Shown: positions 28,176 through 36,406 of the stretch, one piece after another | Numbering within the stretch: position 1 is the first letter of the stretch | Layout: each line of letters starts with the position of its first letter | Notes under the pieces: model-generated | What the model was told of the DNA's origin: nothing | The model's database searches: none | The model's input: the letters and a program-made list of their open reading frames with translations, nothing else | Position numbers and translations under genes: made by a program | Assembly: GCA_046597065.1 (NCBI GenBank) | Contig: JBKJLI010000003.1 | Coordinates: 148,436-212,435 of the forward strand | From: Candidatus Saccharimonadia bacterium | GTDB lineage: Bacteria; Patescibacteriota; Saccharimonadia; UBA4664; SCTI01 | Direction of reading: 5' to 3' | DNA length: 64,000 bases

Positions 28176-28682
28176 ATGGAACAAACATTAGTTGTGTTTA
28201 AGCCACACGCCGTTTCACGCGGCATAGTAGGTGAGGTACTCAGCCGTTTTGAAAAGGTAGGTTTAACCATTGTGGGTATTAAAATGGTTCAACCCGACCG
28301 CAAACACCTGCATCATCACTACGAAACCATAGGCAAGGTGGTTACCCGCCATGGCCAGGAAATATTTGATAACACCTTAGATATGATGATGGCAGGCCCG
28401 GTAGTTGCTGTAGTTTTAGAAGGTATCGAAGCGGTTGAACTAGTGCGTAAGATGGTTGGTCCGACCGAACCAAAAAGTGCTCCACCAGGTACAATTCGTG
28501 GTGATTTTGCACATATAAGCTATGGTCACGCCGATGGAGAGGGTATCGGAATCCCTAACATAGTGCATGCATCGGGTGATCTGGCTGAAGCTAAAGTAGA
28601 GGTTGCTCACTGGTTTAATGGTAGTGAAATCTACAACCATTCTACGGTTCATAATGTCGGTACTCACAAACCTACAAAGTAG
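28176..28682 (+). CDS. ndk: nucleoside diphosphate kinase
   Basis: MEQTLVVFKPHAVSRGIVGEVLSRFEKVGLTIVG... with the active-site NIVHASGD. 168 aa. Confidence 0.9.
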   Translation: MEQTLVVFKPHAVSRGIVGEVLSRFEKVGLTIVGIKMVQPDRKHLHHHYETIGKVVTRHGQEIFDNTLDMMMAGPVVAVVLEGIEAVELVRKMVGPTEPKSAPPGTIRGDFAHISYGHADGEGIGIPNIVHASGDLAEAKVEVAHWFNGSEIYNHSTVHNVGTHKPTK

Positions 28683-28841
28683 CTGCTTAGCGTACTGATA
28701 ATTAGTAAATGACTAGGTGTGAAGACAATATTGATAAATATAGTGTTCAAAGTCGCCATACCTAAATAGTTAAAGGGCCAGGAATATCCTGGCCCTAGGG
28801 CTAGCCGGTCTTATCGCCGGCCTCGCCTGGTTGCATCTCAA

Positions 28842-29381
28842 CTACTGGCAGTGGCCCGTGAGGTGATGGCTGAGACACTCCGTTTCGTACATTCTTGGCC
28901 AATTGTTGCGATCGACTTCCCACCATTCGTTGGGCCAAGTGTCGTAGTAGTGCAGGTGAATGTCGCTCCTAGAGCGATAACGACCGCACTTGGAGCATAC
29001 GTAGCGTGGGGTGTGCTCTAGAACTTCGAGTTCGGCCACTGAACACAACCCCATGTGGCGACCATTCTGCGGTCTGTCCGGGTCGCACAACCTGAGTTCG
29101 TAGCCCATCCAAAATGGACCCAGACCCATGCTGTCCCATCCGTCACCCGGCAGGGTGAGGTCTCGTACCACATAGGTCTGCGGGGTGCCATTTGAAGGGA
29201 AGATACCCGTTCCGGCAACTCGGACCAAGTAACCTCTCATAGTTACTCTAAACAGCATGGCCTTTTCGTGGGTGATGCCAGCAAAAGGGCCGACATCGAT
29301 TCCGGCGATCGGTGCAAACGGATCTTCAACTGCCGCAAGTGCTCGATCCCACTGCGACGTAACTGCGGCTGCTGCCGACAT
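28842..29381 (-). CDS. hypothetical protein, GC-rich, Cys/His-rich C-terminus (possible HNH-like zinc-binding module)
   Basis: 179 aa, much more GC-rich than the flanks. C-terminus CSKCGRY...HLHYYD...NNW...CLSHHLTGHC. Ends 78 nt from tRNA-Arg. Confidence 0.4.
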   Translation of the reverse strand: MSAAAAVTSQWDRALAAVEDPFAPIAGIDVGPFAGITHEKAMLFRVTMRGYLVRVAGTGIFPSNGTPQTYVVRDLTLPGDGWDSMGLGPFWMGYELRLCDPDRPQNGRHMGLCSVAELEVLEHTPRYVCSKCGRYRSRSDIHLHYYDTWPNEWWEVDRNNWPRMYETECLSHHLTGHCQ

Positions 29382-29458
29382 GATTTACCATCCTTATTGA
29401 AAGATCGGGATGGTGTAGTTGTAATTCAGATTATGTCTCGATGTAAGCATAAGTCCAT

Positions 29459-29534
29459 TGGCGCCCCGGGAGAGATTCGAACTCCCGACGCCCTCCTTAG
29501 GACGGAGGCGCTCTATCCACTGAGCTACCGGGGC
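29459..29534 (-). tRNA. tRNA-Arg (anticodon CCT)
   Basis: Manual fold: acceptor GCCCCGG/CCGGGGC, D-arm GCTC-AGTGGATA-GAGC, anticodon stem CCTCC/GGAGG with loop GTCCTAA, T-arm GGGAG-TTCGAAT-CTCTC, discriminator G, CCA encoded. Confidence 0.8.
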
Positions 29535-29612
29535 ACGCTAGCCGAAATTATACCAGATGGTGTATTAAGAGCGCTTATGGTCAAAGCCTCGGCGCACAAG
29601 TAAAATACTTGC

Positions 29613-30131
29613 ATGGCCAAAAAATCCAATCAAACCGCCAAGGAGTTTCCGGGGCAACACGACGACGAAACCGTGGTACTAGTATTTCGCCAGCATCCAG
29701 TGGTGATGCGGATGGAGCTAATTTTTGGCATGCTAGCTATTTTGGCAGGAACGGGGCCTCTTCTGTTATGGCCGTTATCCGATCTCGCACTTAAGATATT
29801 TTTAATCATCCCTTTGCTAGTATTGGTGTACTGGTTTTACCACTGGGTGGGTTGGTATTACAGCGTATATATTATTACCGACCTGCGCCTTATTGATATT
29901 CGCCAACACGGCTTTTTTAACCGCAAGGTTAGCGAGGTCGGGTTTGATAAGGTGCAGTCGGTTAACTACCACATTAAAGGGCTGCAGGCGGCATTACTTA
30001 AGTTTGGTGATATTACAGTACAAACCTACACCGGTGATTGGGTGTTAAAATCGATATATCACCCCGAAGAGGTTCATACCCAGATGATGAAGGTGGCTCA
30101 CTCGGTTACCTCGACACCGCCAATCAACTAA
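29613..30131 (+). CDS. membrane protein with bacterial PH (YdbT/DUF304-like) domain
   Basis: Two TM helices followed by a YdbT-like PH fold. 172 aa. Confidence 0.55.
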   Translation: MAKKSNQTAKEFPGQHDDETVVLVFRQHPVVMRMELIFGMLAILAGTGPLLLWPLSDLALKIFLIIPLLVLVYWFYHWVGWYYSVYIITDLRLIDIRQHGFFNRKVSEVGFDKVQSVNYHIKGLQAALLKFGDITVQTYTGDWVLKSIYHPEEVHTQMMKVAHSVTSTPPIN

Positions 30132-30164
30132 GGTAAGCTATTTACAGCATAAGGAGTATTCCCG

Positions 30165-31223
30165 TTGGAAGAGAATAAGAAGCCGGCGCGCAAGTCTGCC
30201 AGCAAGACCAAGTCGACCCCCAAAACCAAAACTGATGCACCGATTAACGCATCCGTTACTAGCGTCATGCCTAACACCGGCGATAACGCTCCAGAAATAA
30301 AATCCAATAATCCCTCGCTTCCGCGTAACTGGTGGCTAATTGGTGGCATTGTTGCCGGTTTTATCGCCATTTTCTTGTTGGTGTTTGGAATACTGATATA
30401 TAAGTACAAGAATGATAGTCGCATTACTCAAGTGGTTGCTTCGGTTGTGCCGTATCCAGCCGAAAGCATTAATGGCCACTGGGTCAGCTATTCTAACTAC
30501 TTGTTCGAAGTTAACTCTATTAAGCATTACTACCAGAGCCAGACTACCGATGATAACAAGCCATCCGTCGATTTTAATTCCAAAGAAGGTAAGGCCAAGT
30601 TAAAGCAGCTGCAAGAGCAGGTTATCGATCAGCTTAAGCAAGAGTCGATGATTCGACAAATTGCCGCGAAGCATAAGATCAAGCTTGATAAGAACAAGGT
30701 AAAGGAAAACATCGACCAGATTACCAAGTCGGCCGGTGGCGACTCCAAGGTTAAGGAAGTCTTAAAAAAGTACTATGGTTGGGACTTAAACGATCTTAAG
30801 CGCAAGGTTGAGTTCCAGGTCTTAAAGCAGCAAGTATCCGACAAGGTTAAGGGCGATGAAAGCTTAAACGCCCAGGCCAAAAGCAAGGCAGAGGACGTTT
30901 TAAAGCAGGTTCAAGCCGGTGGCGACTTTGCCGAACTAGCCAAAAAGTACTCTCAAGATAGCTCAGCCGCTAATGGTGGTGACCTAGGGTTCTTTGGTAA
31001 GGGCCAAATGGTAAAGCCGTTCGAAGAGGCCGCTTTTGGCCTACAAGTTGGCCAGGTTTCTGGAATCGTAAAAACCGATTACGGCTACCACATTATTAAG
31101 GTAACCGCCAAAAAGGACGACCAGGTTCAGGCCTCGCACATCCTAATTAAAAGCATCGATTTCGATCAGTACGTGCAGGATGAGTTAAAGAAAGCCAAGG
31201 TTCAGCAGTACATCAAGCCGTAA
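30165..31223 (+). CDS. membrane-anchored parvulin-type peptidyl-prolyl isomerase (PrsA/SurA-like)
   Basis: N-terminal TM ([23 protein letters not shown]). C-terminal rotamase [41 protein letters not shown]...GYHIIKV. Confidence 0.8.
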   Translation: MEENKKPARKSASKTKSTPKTKTDAPINASVTSVMPNTGDNAPEIKSNNPSLPRNWWLIGGIVAGFIAIFLLVFGILIYKYKNDSRITQVVASVVPYPAESINGHWVSYSNYLFEVNSIKHYYQSQTTDDNKPSVDFNSKEGKAKLKQLQEQVIDQLKQESMIRQIAAKHKIKLDKNKVKENIDQITKSAGGDSKVKEVLKKYYGWDLNDLKRKVEFQVLKQQVSDKVKGDESLNAQAKSKAEDVLKQVQAGGDFAELAKKYSQDSSAANGGDLGFFGKGQMVKPFEEAAFGLQVGQVSGIVKTDYGYHIIKVTAKKDDQVQASHILIKSIDFDQYVQDELKKAKVQQYIKP

Positions 31224-31244
31224 GGCGCTAAATAAGTCCGTTGG

Positions 31245-31276
31245 GCGGCGCCAGGAGATTTAACTCCTCGCGCCGC
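31245..31276. terminator. 13-bp GC-rich hairpin at convergent gene ends (overlaps RT stop codon)
   Basis: gcggcgccaggag-atttaa-ctcctcgcgccgc with one mismatch. A T-rich run lies on the minus-strand side. Confidence 0.45.
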
Positions 31277-32234
31277 AATTGTATCGACCCCCCATTTGCA
31301 AGTGGGCGTAGTAGATCCGTAAATCACGCTCAGACAGACGATGAGATGGATCGCCAAATGGACCGCTGTTTGCCATTATAGACATGAAATGCGCAATATG
31401 GCCCTCCAGGAGAGCTTGATCAACATTGCTACCACGGCTACGTGCCCTGAGCAGTTTTTCGATCTCTCTCCGCTGTTTGCCGGGAACGAACAAACGTCCA
31501 CCGTACTCCAGCCCAACTCCAGCGATCACGATCCGCTGATGCTTCTCCAGATCAATTACTTGGGCCTTCGATCGTGAGATTGAAAAGCCGGCTGCTCGAA
31601 TGGCTCCGCGTAGTGCCCGGCGCTTGTGCTTACCAATCGGCTGTTGACTGCTAAAAGTCAGGTCATCGACATAACGGGTGTAGGTAACGCCCCATCGCCG
31701 ACACAGAACGCCTATGTCAAAGTCGAGATACTGCCGGCAGTACAGGTTGAACAGGTCTTGCGATGCCGGCCCGCCGAAGCGTAGCCCTTTGCCACTGCCC
31801 AGCAGGCAGTAGTCTTGCAAAAACCTCATCACTGCCTCATCACCAAGCAGTGAGAGCTGGTCTGCTCCGTTACCGAAACAGGCCGCCAACCTTAGCCCGT
31901 CAACGTTTTCGTAGGCCCGGTATAGATCGTAGCCAACCACGTACCGATTCTCACGATGGGGAAGAATGTTGTCGACTATTGAACTACCAGGCTTTGCCGT
32001 GGCATAGAGGTTAGGGAGCCCCTGGCGCCGCAGTACGACCAGTAGTCGGCTCTGGACAACTCGGGTATGATCGTTGGGGTCATGGATCAACCGTCGCTTG
32101 CCCTTAACCTCTTTCCAGTAGGAGTTAAAGCCGGGCTGCCCCGGCGTATTTGCCGTAAGCTGCTCGATTTCAAGGAACATATTGCCTTTCAGTTGGTTGC
32201 CCAGCAAGGGTGGTCTGGAAGGATCCACCGGCAC
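31260..32234 (-). CDS. compact reverse transcriptase, DGR-like by motif (YVDD; motif-4 GxxxSQ); retron/defence-RT not excluded
   Basis: 324 aa, RT domain only. Motif 4 GLRFGGPASQDLFNLY: Ser-Gln where group II and retron RTs carry Ser-Pro. Motif 5 YTRYVDDLTF. No maturase or endonuclease domain. GTG start with the SD aaggtgag upstream. GC-rich. Confidence 0.8.
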   Translation of the reverse strand: MPVDPSRPPLLGNQLKGNMFLEIEQLTANTPGQPGFNSYWKEVKGKRRLIHDPNDHTRVVQSRLLVVLRRQGLPNLYATAKPGSSIVDNILPHRENRYVVGYDLYRAYENVDGLRLAACFGNGADQLSLLGDEAVMRFLQDYCLLGSGKGLRFGGPASQDLFNLYCRQYLDFDIGVLCRRWGVTYTRYVDDLTFSSQQPIGKHKRRALRGAIRAAGFSISRSKAQVIDLEKHQRIVIAGVGLEYGGRLFVPGKQRREIEKLLRARSRGSNVDQALLEGHIAHFMSIMANSGPFGDPSHRLSERDLRIYYAHLQMGGRYNCGARS

Positions 32235-32244
32235 ATATTTACTT

Positions 32245-32600
32245 TTTACTCACCTTAACTAAATGCCTGGCCATGCTTGCAGGTCAAATTCGACCCATAG
32301 CTGGCGCGGCCTCGGCCTTGGTGCCCGTCCGTACCGCGAGGCACGGGGGCGATAGGGCGCTGGCGCTGTAGCGGACCTGCTCCCCGCGCCCCGACCACAG
32401 CTTGGTCGGAGAACGCAGCGGTGGCAGTCACGCCATTAGACCCCCGACATTACGAGAGCCGATTCCTACCGTTGGAACAGTAGGACTGCAACTCGCCGCG
32501 TGCTTTATAGGCAACTGGCGATGCGGGCATCCGACGAATCTTTAAATCCAGACCACCCAACACAGCTAGGCAAGCGCATTCTAGCCGTTTTCAGATAAGA
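32245..32600 (-). ncRNA. GC-rich hairpin-dense noncoding region upstream of the RT (candidate RT template RNA: DGR TR+spacer, or retron msr/msd-like)
   Basis: ~360 bp with no credible ORF on either strand. Multiple perfect hairpins, e.g. ccgaccacagcttggtcgg (7 bp) and gtgcc..ggcac. Same orientation as the RT and immediately 5' of it. Composition matches the RT, not the host backbone. Confidence 0.35.
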
Positions 32601-32622
32601 ACTCAATATTTGGGCTGATGTT

Positions 32623-32967
32623 TTAACAGCCGCCGTTTTGGTACTTGTCGCCCCACTTGGCCATGGCTCGAAGAATTGGCACTAAATCCCTACCCTTATC
32701 GGTAAGGGTGTACTCGATGCGCGGTGGCACCTCATGGAATGATTCCTTGGTAATAATCTCGCCGGCCTCCATATCATCCAGTCGTTGTGATAGTGTGCGC
32801 GGGCTAATTCCAACCAGCGAGTTTTGCAGCTGGCTAAACCTCCGCGGGCCATCAACCATATCGCGCAAAATCAGCCCCGACCAGCGATCGCCAACTACTT
32901 TTAAACTGGTGGCAATGCAGCCGCTCTTGGGCTCGATGGGGGACAGAATTTTATGGGTAGTTTTCAT
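32623..32967 (-). CDS. HxlR-family winged-helix transcriptional regulator
   Basis: ...VGDRWSGLILRDMVDGPRRFSQLQNSLVGISPRTLSQRLDDMEAGEIITKESFHEVPPRIEYTLTDKGRDLVPIL, the canonical HxlR/MarR-like wHTH. Start chosen at MKTTHKIL; an upstream Met is possible. Confidence 0.75.
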   Translation of the reverse strand: MKTTHKILSPIEPKSGCIATSLKVVGDRWSGLILRDMVDGPRRFSQLQNSLVGISPRTLSQRLDDMEAGEIITKESFHEVPPRIEYTLTDKGRDLVPILRAMAKWGDKYQNGGC

Positions 32968-33077
32968 AACGATTCTATTATGCACCATAATTCTATACTT
33001 TAAAATGTATAGTAATAGATCCCAAGGAGTATATATGAAAAACATCGCTGATATTAGATGAGCCGAATCATCCCGCA

Positions 33078-33449
33078 ATGCGTCATTACCAGCACGATCA
33101 CACTAAAAAGTGGTCTAAAATCGTGGATGAAGCCGATGGTTTTATTATAGTTACGCCAGAATATAATCATGGCTACTCGGCAGGACTAAACAACGCCATC
33201 GATTATTTATACAAAGAGTGGACCGGCAAACCCGTTAGCTTTGTAAGCTATGGAGGGGTATCGGGGGGTCTACGTGCGGTAGAGCAGTTACGCCAGGTTG
33301 TGATTGAGTTGCGTATGCAGCCACTGCGCGAACAAGTATCAATACCGTTTGTGAGAGGTGCAGTTAGGGAAGGCAAGCTGCCACACGATGATGCTAGACA
33401 TAAGCAACTACAAACACACTTAGCTGATTTAGCAAGCAGCCTAAGCTAG
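33078..33449 (+). pseudogene. NADPH-dependent FMN reductase family, 5'-truncated remnant
   Basis: The ORF begins inside the conserved core (ADGFIIVTPEYNHGYSAGLNNAIDYL aligns to ~residue 70 of SsuE-type enzymes). The N-terminal GSxRxxSxN FMN-phosphate loop is missing. A strong SD plus ATG upstream opens only an 8-codon out-of-frame stub (MKNIADIR*). Confidence 0.55.
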
Positions 33450-33469
33450 AATCATAGAATCAAACGAAG

Positions 33470-33515
33470 AAGAGCCCGAAGGCAAAGACATTTAAGTCAT
33501 CTCCTTCGGGCTCTT
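33470..33515. terminator. 13-bp hairpin between convergent genes
   Basis: aagagcccgaagg ... ccttcgggctctt with a ~20-nt loop. Lies between the FMN reductase remnant stop and the small peptide stop. Confidence 0.4.
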
Positions 33516-33525
33516 TAGGCCTGTT

Positions 33526-33645
33526 TCAGCTGAGGATCATCAGTACCAGAGTTGCACCAACGGCAACCCCTGGGCCGATAAATCCGGTGATCAACGCAAC
33601 GAAGATCACACAGGCAAAGACCTGAACAGTCTCATGATCGCGCAT
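33526..33645 (-). CDS. small hydrophobic membrane peptide (39 aa)
   Basis: MRDHETVQVFACVIFVALITGFIGPGVAVGATLVLMILS. GGAGG SD ~11 nt upstream of the ATG. Not in the ORF track because it is <60 aa. Confidence 0.4.
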   Translation of the reverse strand: MRDHETVQVFACVIFVALITGFIGPGVAVGATLVLMILS

Positions 33646-33673
33646 TTAAACTATTGCCTCCAGGGCGTAAGAA

Positions 33674-33994
33674 CTACTTGCAGTTGGTGGTGATCGTCGG
33701 CGCAGAAGTACCGTAGACTACATTGTGCTGGCCTTCGGGCTGCTGGGTTAGCGAGAGAATCGTCAGACATCGCCTGAGTTCTCCGTTCTGAGGATCCTTC
33801 CAGGTGTTCCAGAGCGACATCTGGGTTAGCTTGACCTTGCCAAAGTCACGCTTTTTAACAGCCGCCGCACGAGCCGTCTCGGATTTGTGCTTTTCGTTCG
33901 AGAACGTTGGATAGGCGATGGCGCCCAAGATCAAGATGATCAACATGATCACAGCGAGCTCAGTAAATGTAAGGCCGTACTTAAATTTCTTCAT
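33674..33994 (-). CDS. orphan type IV pilin-like protein
   Basis: Start at MKKFKYG|LTFTELAVIMLIILILGAIAYP (Gly-1, Glu+5). C-terminal Cys pair. ggagg SD 9 nt upstream. Confidence 0.65.
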   Translation of the reverse strand: MKKFKYGLTFTELAVIMLIILILGAIAYPTFSNEKHKSETARAAAVKKRDFGKVKLTQMSLWNTWKDPQNGELRRCLTILSLTQQPEGQHNVVYGTSAPTITTNCK

Positions 33995-34220
33995 TCGGCT
34001 TAAGCCTCCAGGTTTCGGGGTGCGTCGCACATCGAGGACGTGAGAACGACTTATTGTACGATATATCTGGGCAATAGTCTAGCGGTAAATATTTATATGC
34101 TTGTAGCCAACTTAATCAAAAAGCCCCTCATGGCATAAGCCTTAAGGGGCGGCGGCAGACTCTCCGGTTATTTGAGAGTCTGCCCGGGGTTTGCACAGAT
34201 CTAGCCCCAGCTGAGGTGGG

Positions 34221-34685
34221 TTAGGTGGGTAGTGCCTTAGACTTAGCCGATTCGCTGATCTTGAGATCTAGCTCATCAAGCTGGTCGCGATCAAAACCGG
34301 CTGCAAGAGCCAGCTCGCGCATCGCTTTGTATCGCGCTCGGCTCCCATTCGGACTCTGTGAGTCGAAGGCGCTTGCCAAGATTGCTACCACTCCACCGGC
34401 AGGGTCTCCGTGAACCATATGGCTGTTGGCTACTTCGATGAGGTAGGGCTGAGTAGAACCAAGTTCGATGAGCGTCTCGATGACTCTGGGCTGAAGTTCA
34501 GCCAGTTGGGCATCGTTACGTGGGGCATTGAACTTGAAGGCCTGCAAGAACTTGGCGCGGAATTCCAAATCTTGGAGCTCCAGTTCCTCGGTATTGCGGG
34601 CCTTGTTCTTGGCCCGCAACTGAAGCGTGATTGCCATCAACACAATGATGACGATGATCAGAGCTGCATCGATGAACCAAATCAT
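34221..34685 (-). CDS. hypothetical N-terminally membrane-anchored protein
   Basis: Start placed at MIWFIDAALIIVIIVLMAITLQL, with AGGAGG SD 10 nt upstream. The longer ORF-track version would run into tRNA-Asp. Confidence 0.5.
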   Translation of the reverse strand: MIWFIDAALIIVIIVLMAITLQLRAKNKARNTEELELQDLEFRAKFLQAFKFNAPRNDAQLAELQPRVIETLIELGSTQPYLIEVANSHMVHGDPAGGVVAILASAFDSQSPNGSRARYKAMRELALAAGFDRDQLDELDLKISESAKSKALPT

Positions 34686-34776
34686 TTTACCGTATCCTCC
34701 TGGTTGGTGGTGTACGCTCACGGCAAAAAACCTTGAGATGCTGAATATCATACAATAAATAGCTGAATAAGTCCAA

Positions 34777-34853
34777 TGGCGGGCCCGACCGGATTCGAAC
34801 CGGCGATCTCCTCCGTGACAGGGAGGCATGTTAGGCCTCTACACCACGAGCCC
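34777..34853 (-). tRNA. tRNA-Asp (anticodon GTC)
   Basis: Manual fold: acceptor GGGCTCG/CGGGCCC, anticodon stem CCTCC/GGAGG with loop CTGTCAC, T-arm GCCGG-TTCGAAT-CCGGT, CCA encoded. Confidence 0.8.
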
Positions 34854-34953
34854 ACACCTTGAATAACTGATTTATACTAGCACCAAATACCGTCGGTTGC
34901 AATCTGTTAAATCGGCATAAAAAGTTAAGCATAAGTTGAATCGTTAGCCATCG

Positions 34954-35370
34954 ATGACCTATAATAAAGAGACTATGGATCCAAAAGAAACATCTAAGCC
35001 AATTCGAAGCTCTCGTAGCATTGACGCCGTGGCCAAGCGAGCATCCTCGACATCGCCGGCCGCAAGTCGTCCTCCGGTTGCGATTTCCTCGAAGCGCAGT
35101 GGCAATGTCATCGATCTTCGTAAGCCAGCAAGTGAACCTAAACCAGTTGAAAAGCCCGAGCTTAAAACCACCCCCGGACACAAAGCTAAGCCTAAAAAAG
35201 AGGCAGCCAAAAAGGCCGAACCCATAGCTGCAGCTTTGCCAATGCCGAGTGGCAGCGCCCCAAGGCGTAAGTTTTGGCCGGCATTTGGGCGATTTATCAT
35301 TCTACTCATCGTATTATCCGCCTTGATAGCCGGCGCCTATTACGTTTATATAACTTATTACCACACCTAG
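34954..35370 (+). CDS. Lys/Pro/Ala-rich protein with C-terminal TM anchor
   Basis: 138 aa. Low-complexity basic region followed by FGRFIILLIVLSALIAGAYYVYITYY. Confidence 0.45.
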   Translation: MTYNKETMDPKETSKPIRSSRSIDAVAKRASSTSPAASRPPVAISSKRSGNVIDLRKPASEPKPVEKPELKTTPGHKAKPKKEAAKKAEPIAAALPMPSGSAPRRKFWPAFGRFIILLIVLSALIAGAYYVYITYYHT

Positions 35371-35374
35371 AGCA

Positions 35375-35827
35375 ATGCAAGAGCGGGCGGTACCACACCG
35401 GTTTGCCGACCACCTGGTGGTAGTTTTTGCCGTTTTAGCCTTAGCGTTTAGCTTGAGTTACTTAGAGGTAGTTCGGCCAACCATTAGTGATCTAGCGCAC
35501 CAGCTTGGGCTTACTGCCGTTTACGCACCAGCTCCCGCTAAAGTCGAGGTGGCTCAGCCTCAGCCAGCACCTACCCCAGCCCCCGTGGTTCAGCCTACCC
35601 CAGCGCCGGCACCAGTTGTGGCCCCACCAGCGGCACCGGCCGCCAAAACTGCAGCTACAGTCTCTTTTGTGCATATGCGTGCCGGTAAAAGTACCTCAAC
35701 AGCTATTGTGCTAGATCTTGATGGTGGCACCGTTGTAACGCTGCGTAATGATAGCGACCCCACCTGGCAGGGGGTATCTGTAAATGGTAAAGACGGCTAC
35801 ATTTACAAGACCTATCTACAATATTAA
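35375..35827 (+). CDS. membrane-anchored protein with Pro/Ala-rich linker and C-terminal bacterial SH3 (SH3b) domain
   Basis: TM segment, PAPTPAPVVQPTPAPAPVVAPP linker, then VSFVHMRAGKSTSTAIVLDLDGGTVVTLRNDSDPTWQGVSVNGKDGYIYKTYLQ, which is SH3_3-like. Confidence 0.6.
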   Translation: MQERAVPHRFADHLVVVFAVLALAFSLSYLEVVRPTISDLAHQLGLTAVYAPAPAKVEVAQPQPAPTPAPVVQPTPAPAPVVAPPAAPAAKTAATVSFVHMRAGKSTSTAIVLDLDGGTVVTLRNDSDPTWQGVSVNGKDGYIYKTYLQY

Positions 35828-35956
35828 TTCTGGCTGATCGGTTCTTCCAAAACTAACATTTATAACAGTCACAGCTTTGGAACTCGCACCAATGTTACCA
35901 AGTAAGGACTCAGCGATACTAACTCATGTAACTTAACGAATTGGGGAGGGTAAAAC

Positions 35957-36133
35957 ATGGGTCGCTCAAGGGGAAGTAAAATCAAATCATTACGGGCCAA
36001 CCCGTATTTAGATCCGAATCTGTTTTTTATGAGTTTAGAAGAGGCCAAAAATTTAATATCCGGCAAGCAAGAGTTTGAGAGTTTGGCCGAGCGTCATGAA
36101 CGACCCAAGCCCAAGCCTATTCGCTCGATGTAA
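35957..36133 (+). CDS. hypothetical small protein (58 aa)
   Basis: GGGAGGG SD 6 nt upstream of the ATG. MGRSRGSKIKSLRANPYLDPNLFFMSLEEAKNLISGKQEFESLAERHERPKPKPIRSM. Confidence 0.3.
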   Translation: MGRSRGSKIKSLRANPYLDPNLFFMSLEEAKNLISGKQEFESLAERHERPKPKPIRSM

Positions 36134-36170
36134 ATAAGCTCCCACCTGGGAGCTTTGTTGTTATAAGTCC

Positions 36171-36244
36171 TGGAGCGGGTAAGGGGAATCGAACCCCTCT
36201 CTCAACCTTGGGAAGGTCGCGTTCTACCGATGAACTATACCCGC
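36171..36244 (-). tRNA. tRNA-Gly (anticodon CCC)
   Basis: Manual fold: acceptor GCGGGTA/TACCCGC, anticodon loop TTCCCAA, T-arm AGGGG-TTCGATT-CCCCT, CCA encoded. 74 nt. Confidence 0.75.
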
Positions 36245-36247
36245 CAA

Positions 36248-36323
36248 TGGAGCCGATGGGCGGATTTGAACCGCCGACCTTTGCTTTACGAAAGCACTGC
36301 TCTTCCAGCTGAGCTACATCGGC
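36248..36323 (-). tRNA. tRNA-Thr (anticodon CGT)
   Basis: Manual fold: acceptor GCCGATG/CATCGGC, D-arm GCTC-AGCTGGAA-GAGC, anticodon loop TTCGTAA, T-arm GGCGG-TTCAAAT-CCGCC, CCA encoded. 3 nt from tRNA-Gly. Confidence 0.75.
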
Positions 36324-36406
36324 GTAAGACCTATTAATTGAACCAAATAATTGCGAGTAATACTAGAAGGAGTGGATCCCAAGCCCATGGCTCAAGATCC
36401 ACCCCT

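Noticed and set aside
31260-32234. RT as a group II intron-encoded protein
   Set aside because: Only 324 aa, with no maturase (X) or endonuclease domain. No intron domain V/VI-like RNA is recognisable in the flanks. Motif 4 has SQ, not SP.
34686-34829. N-terminal 48 codons of ORF 34221..34829
   Set aside because: It would translate straight through tRNA-Asp (34777-34853). An internal start with AGGAGG SD and TM helix at 34685 was chosen instead.
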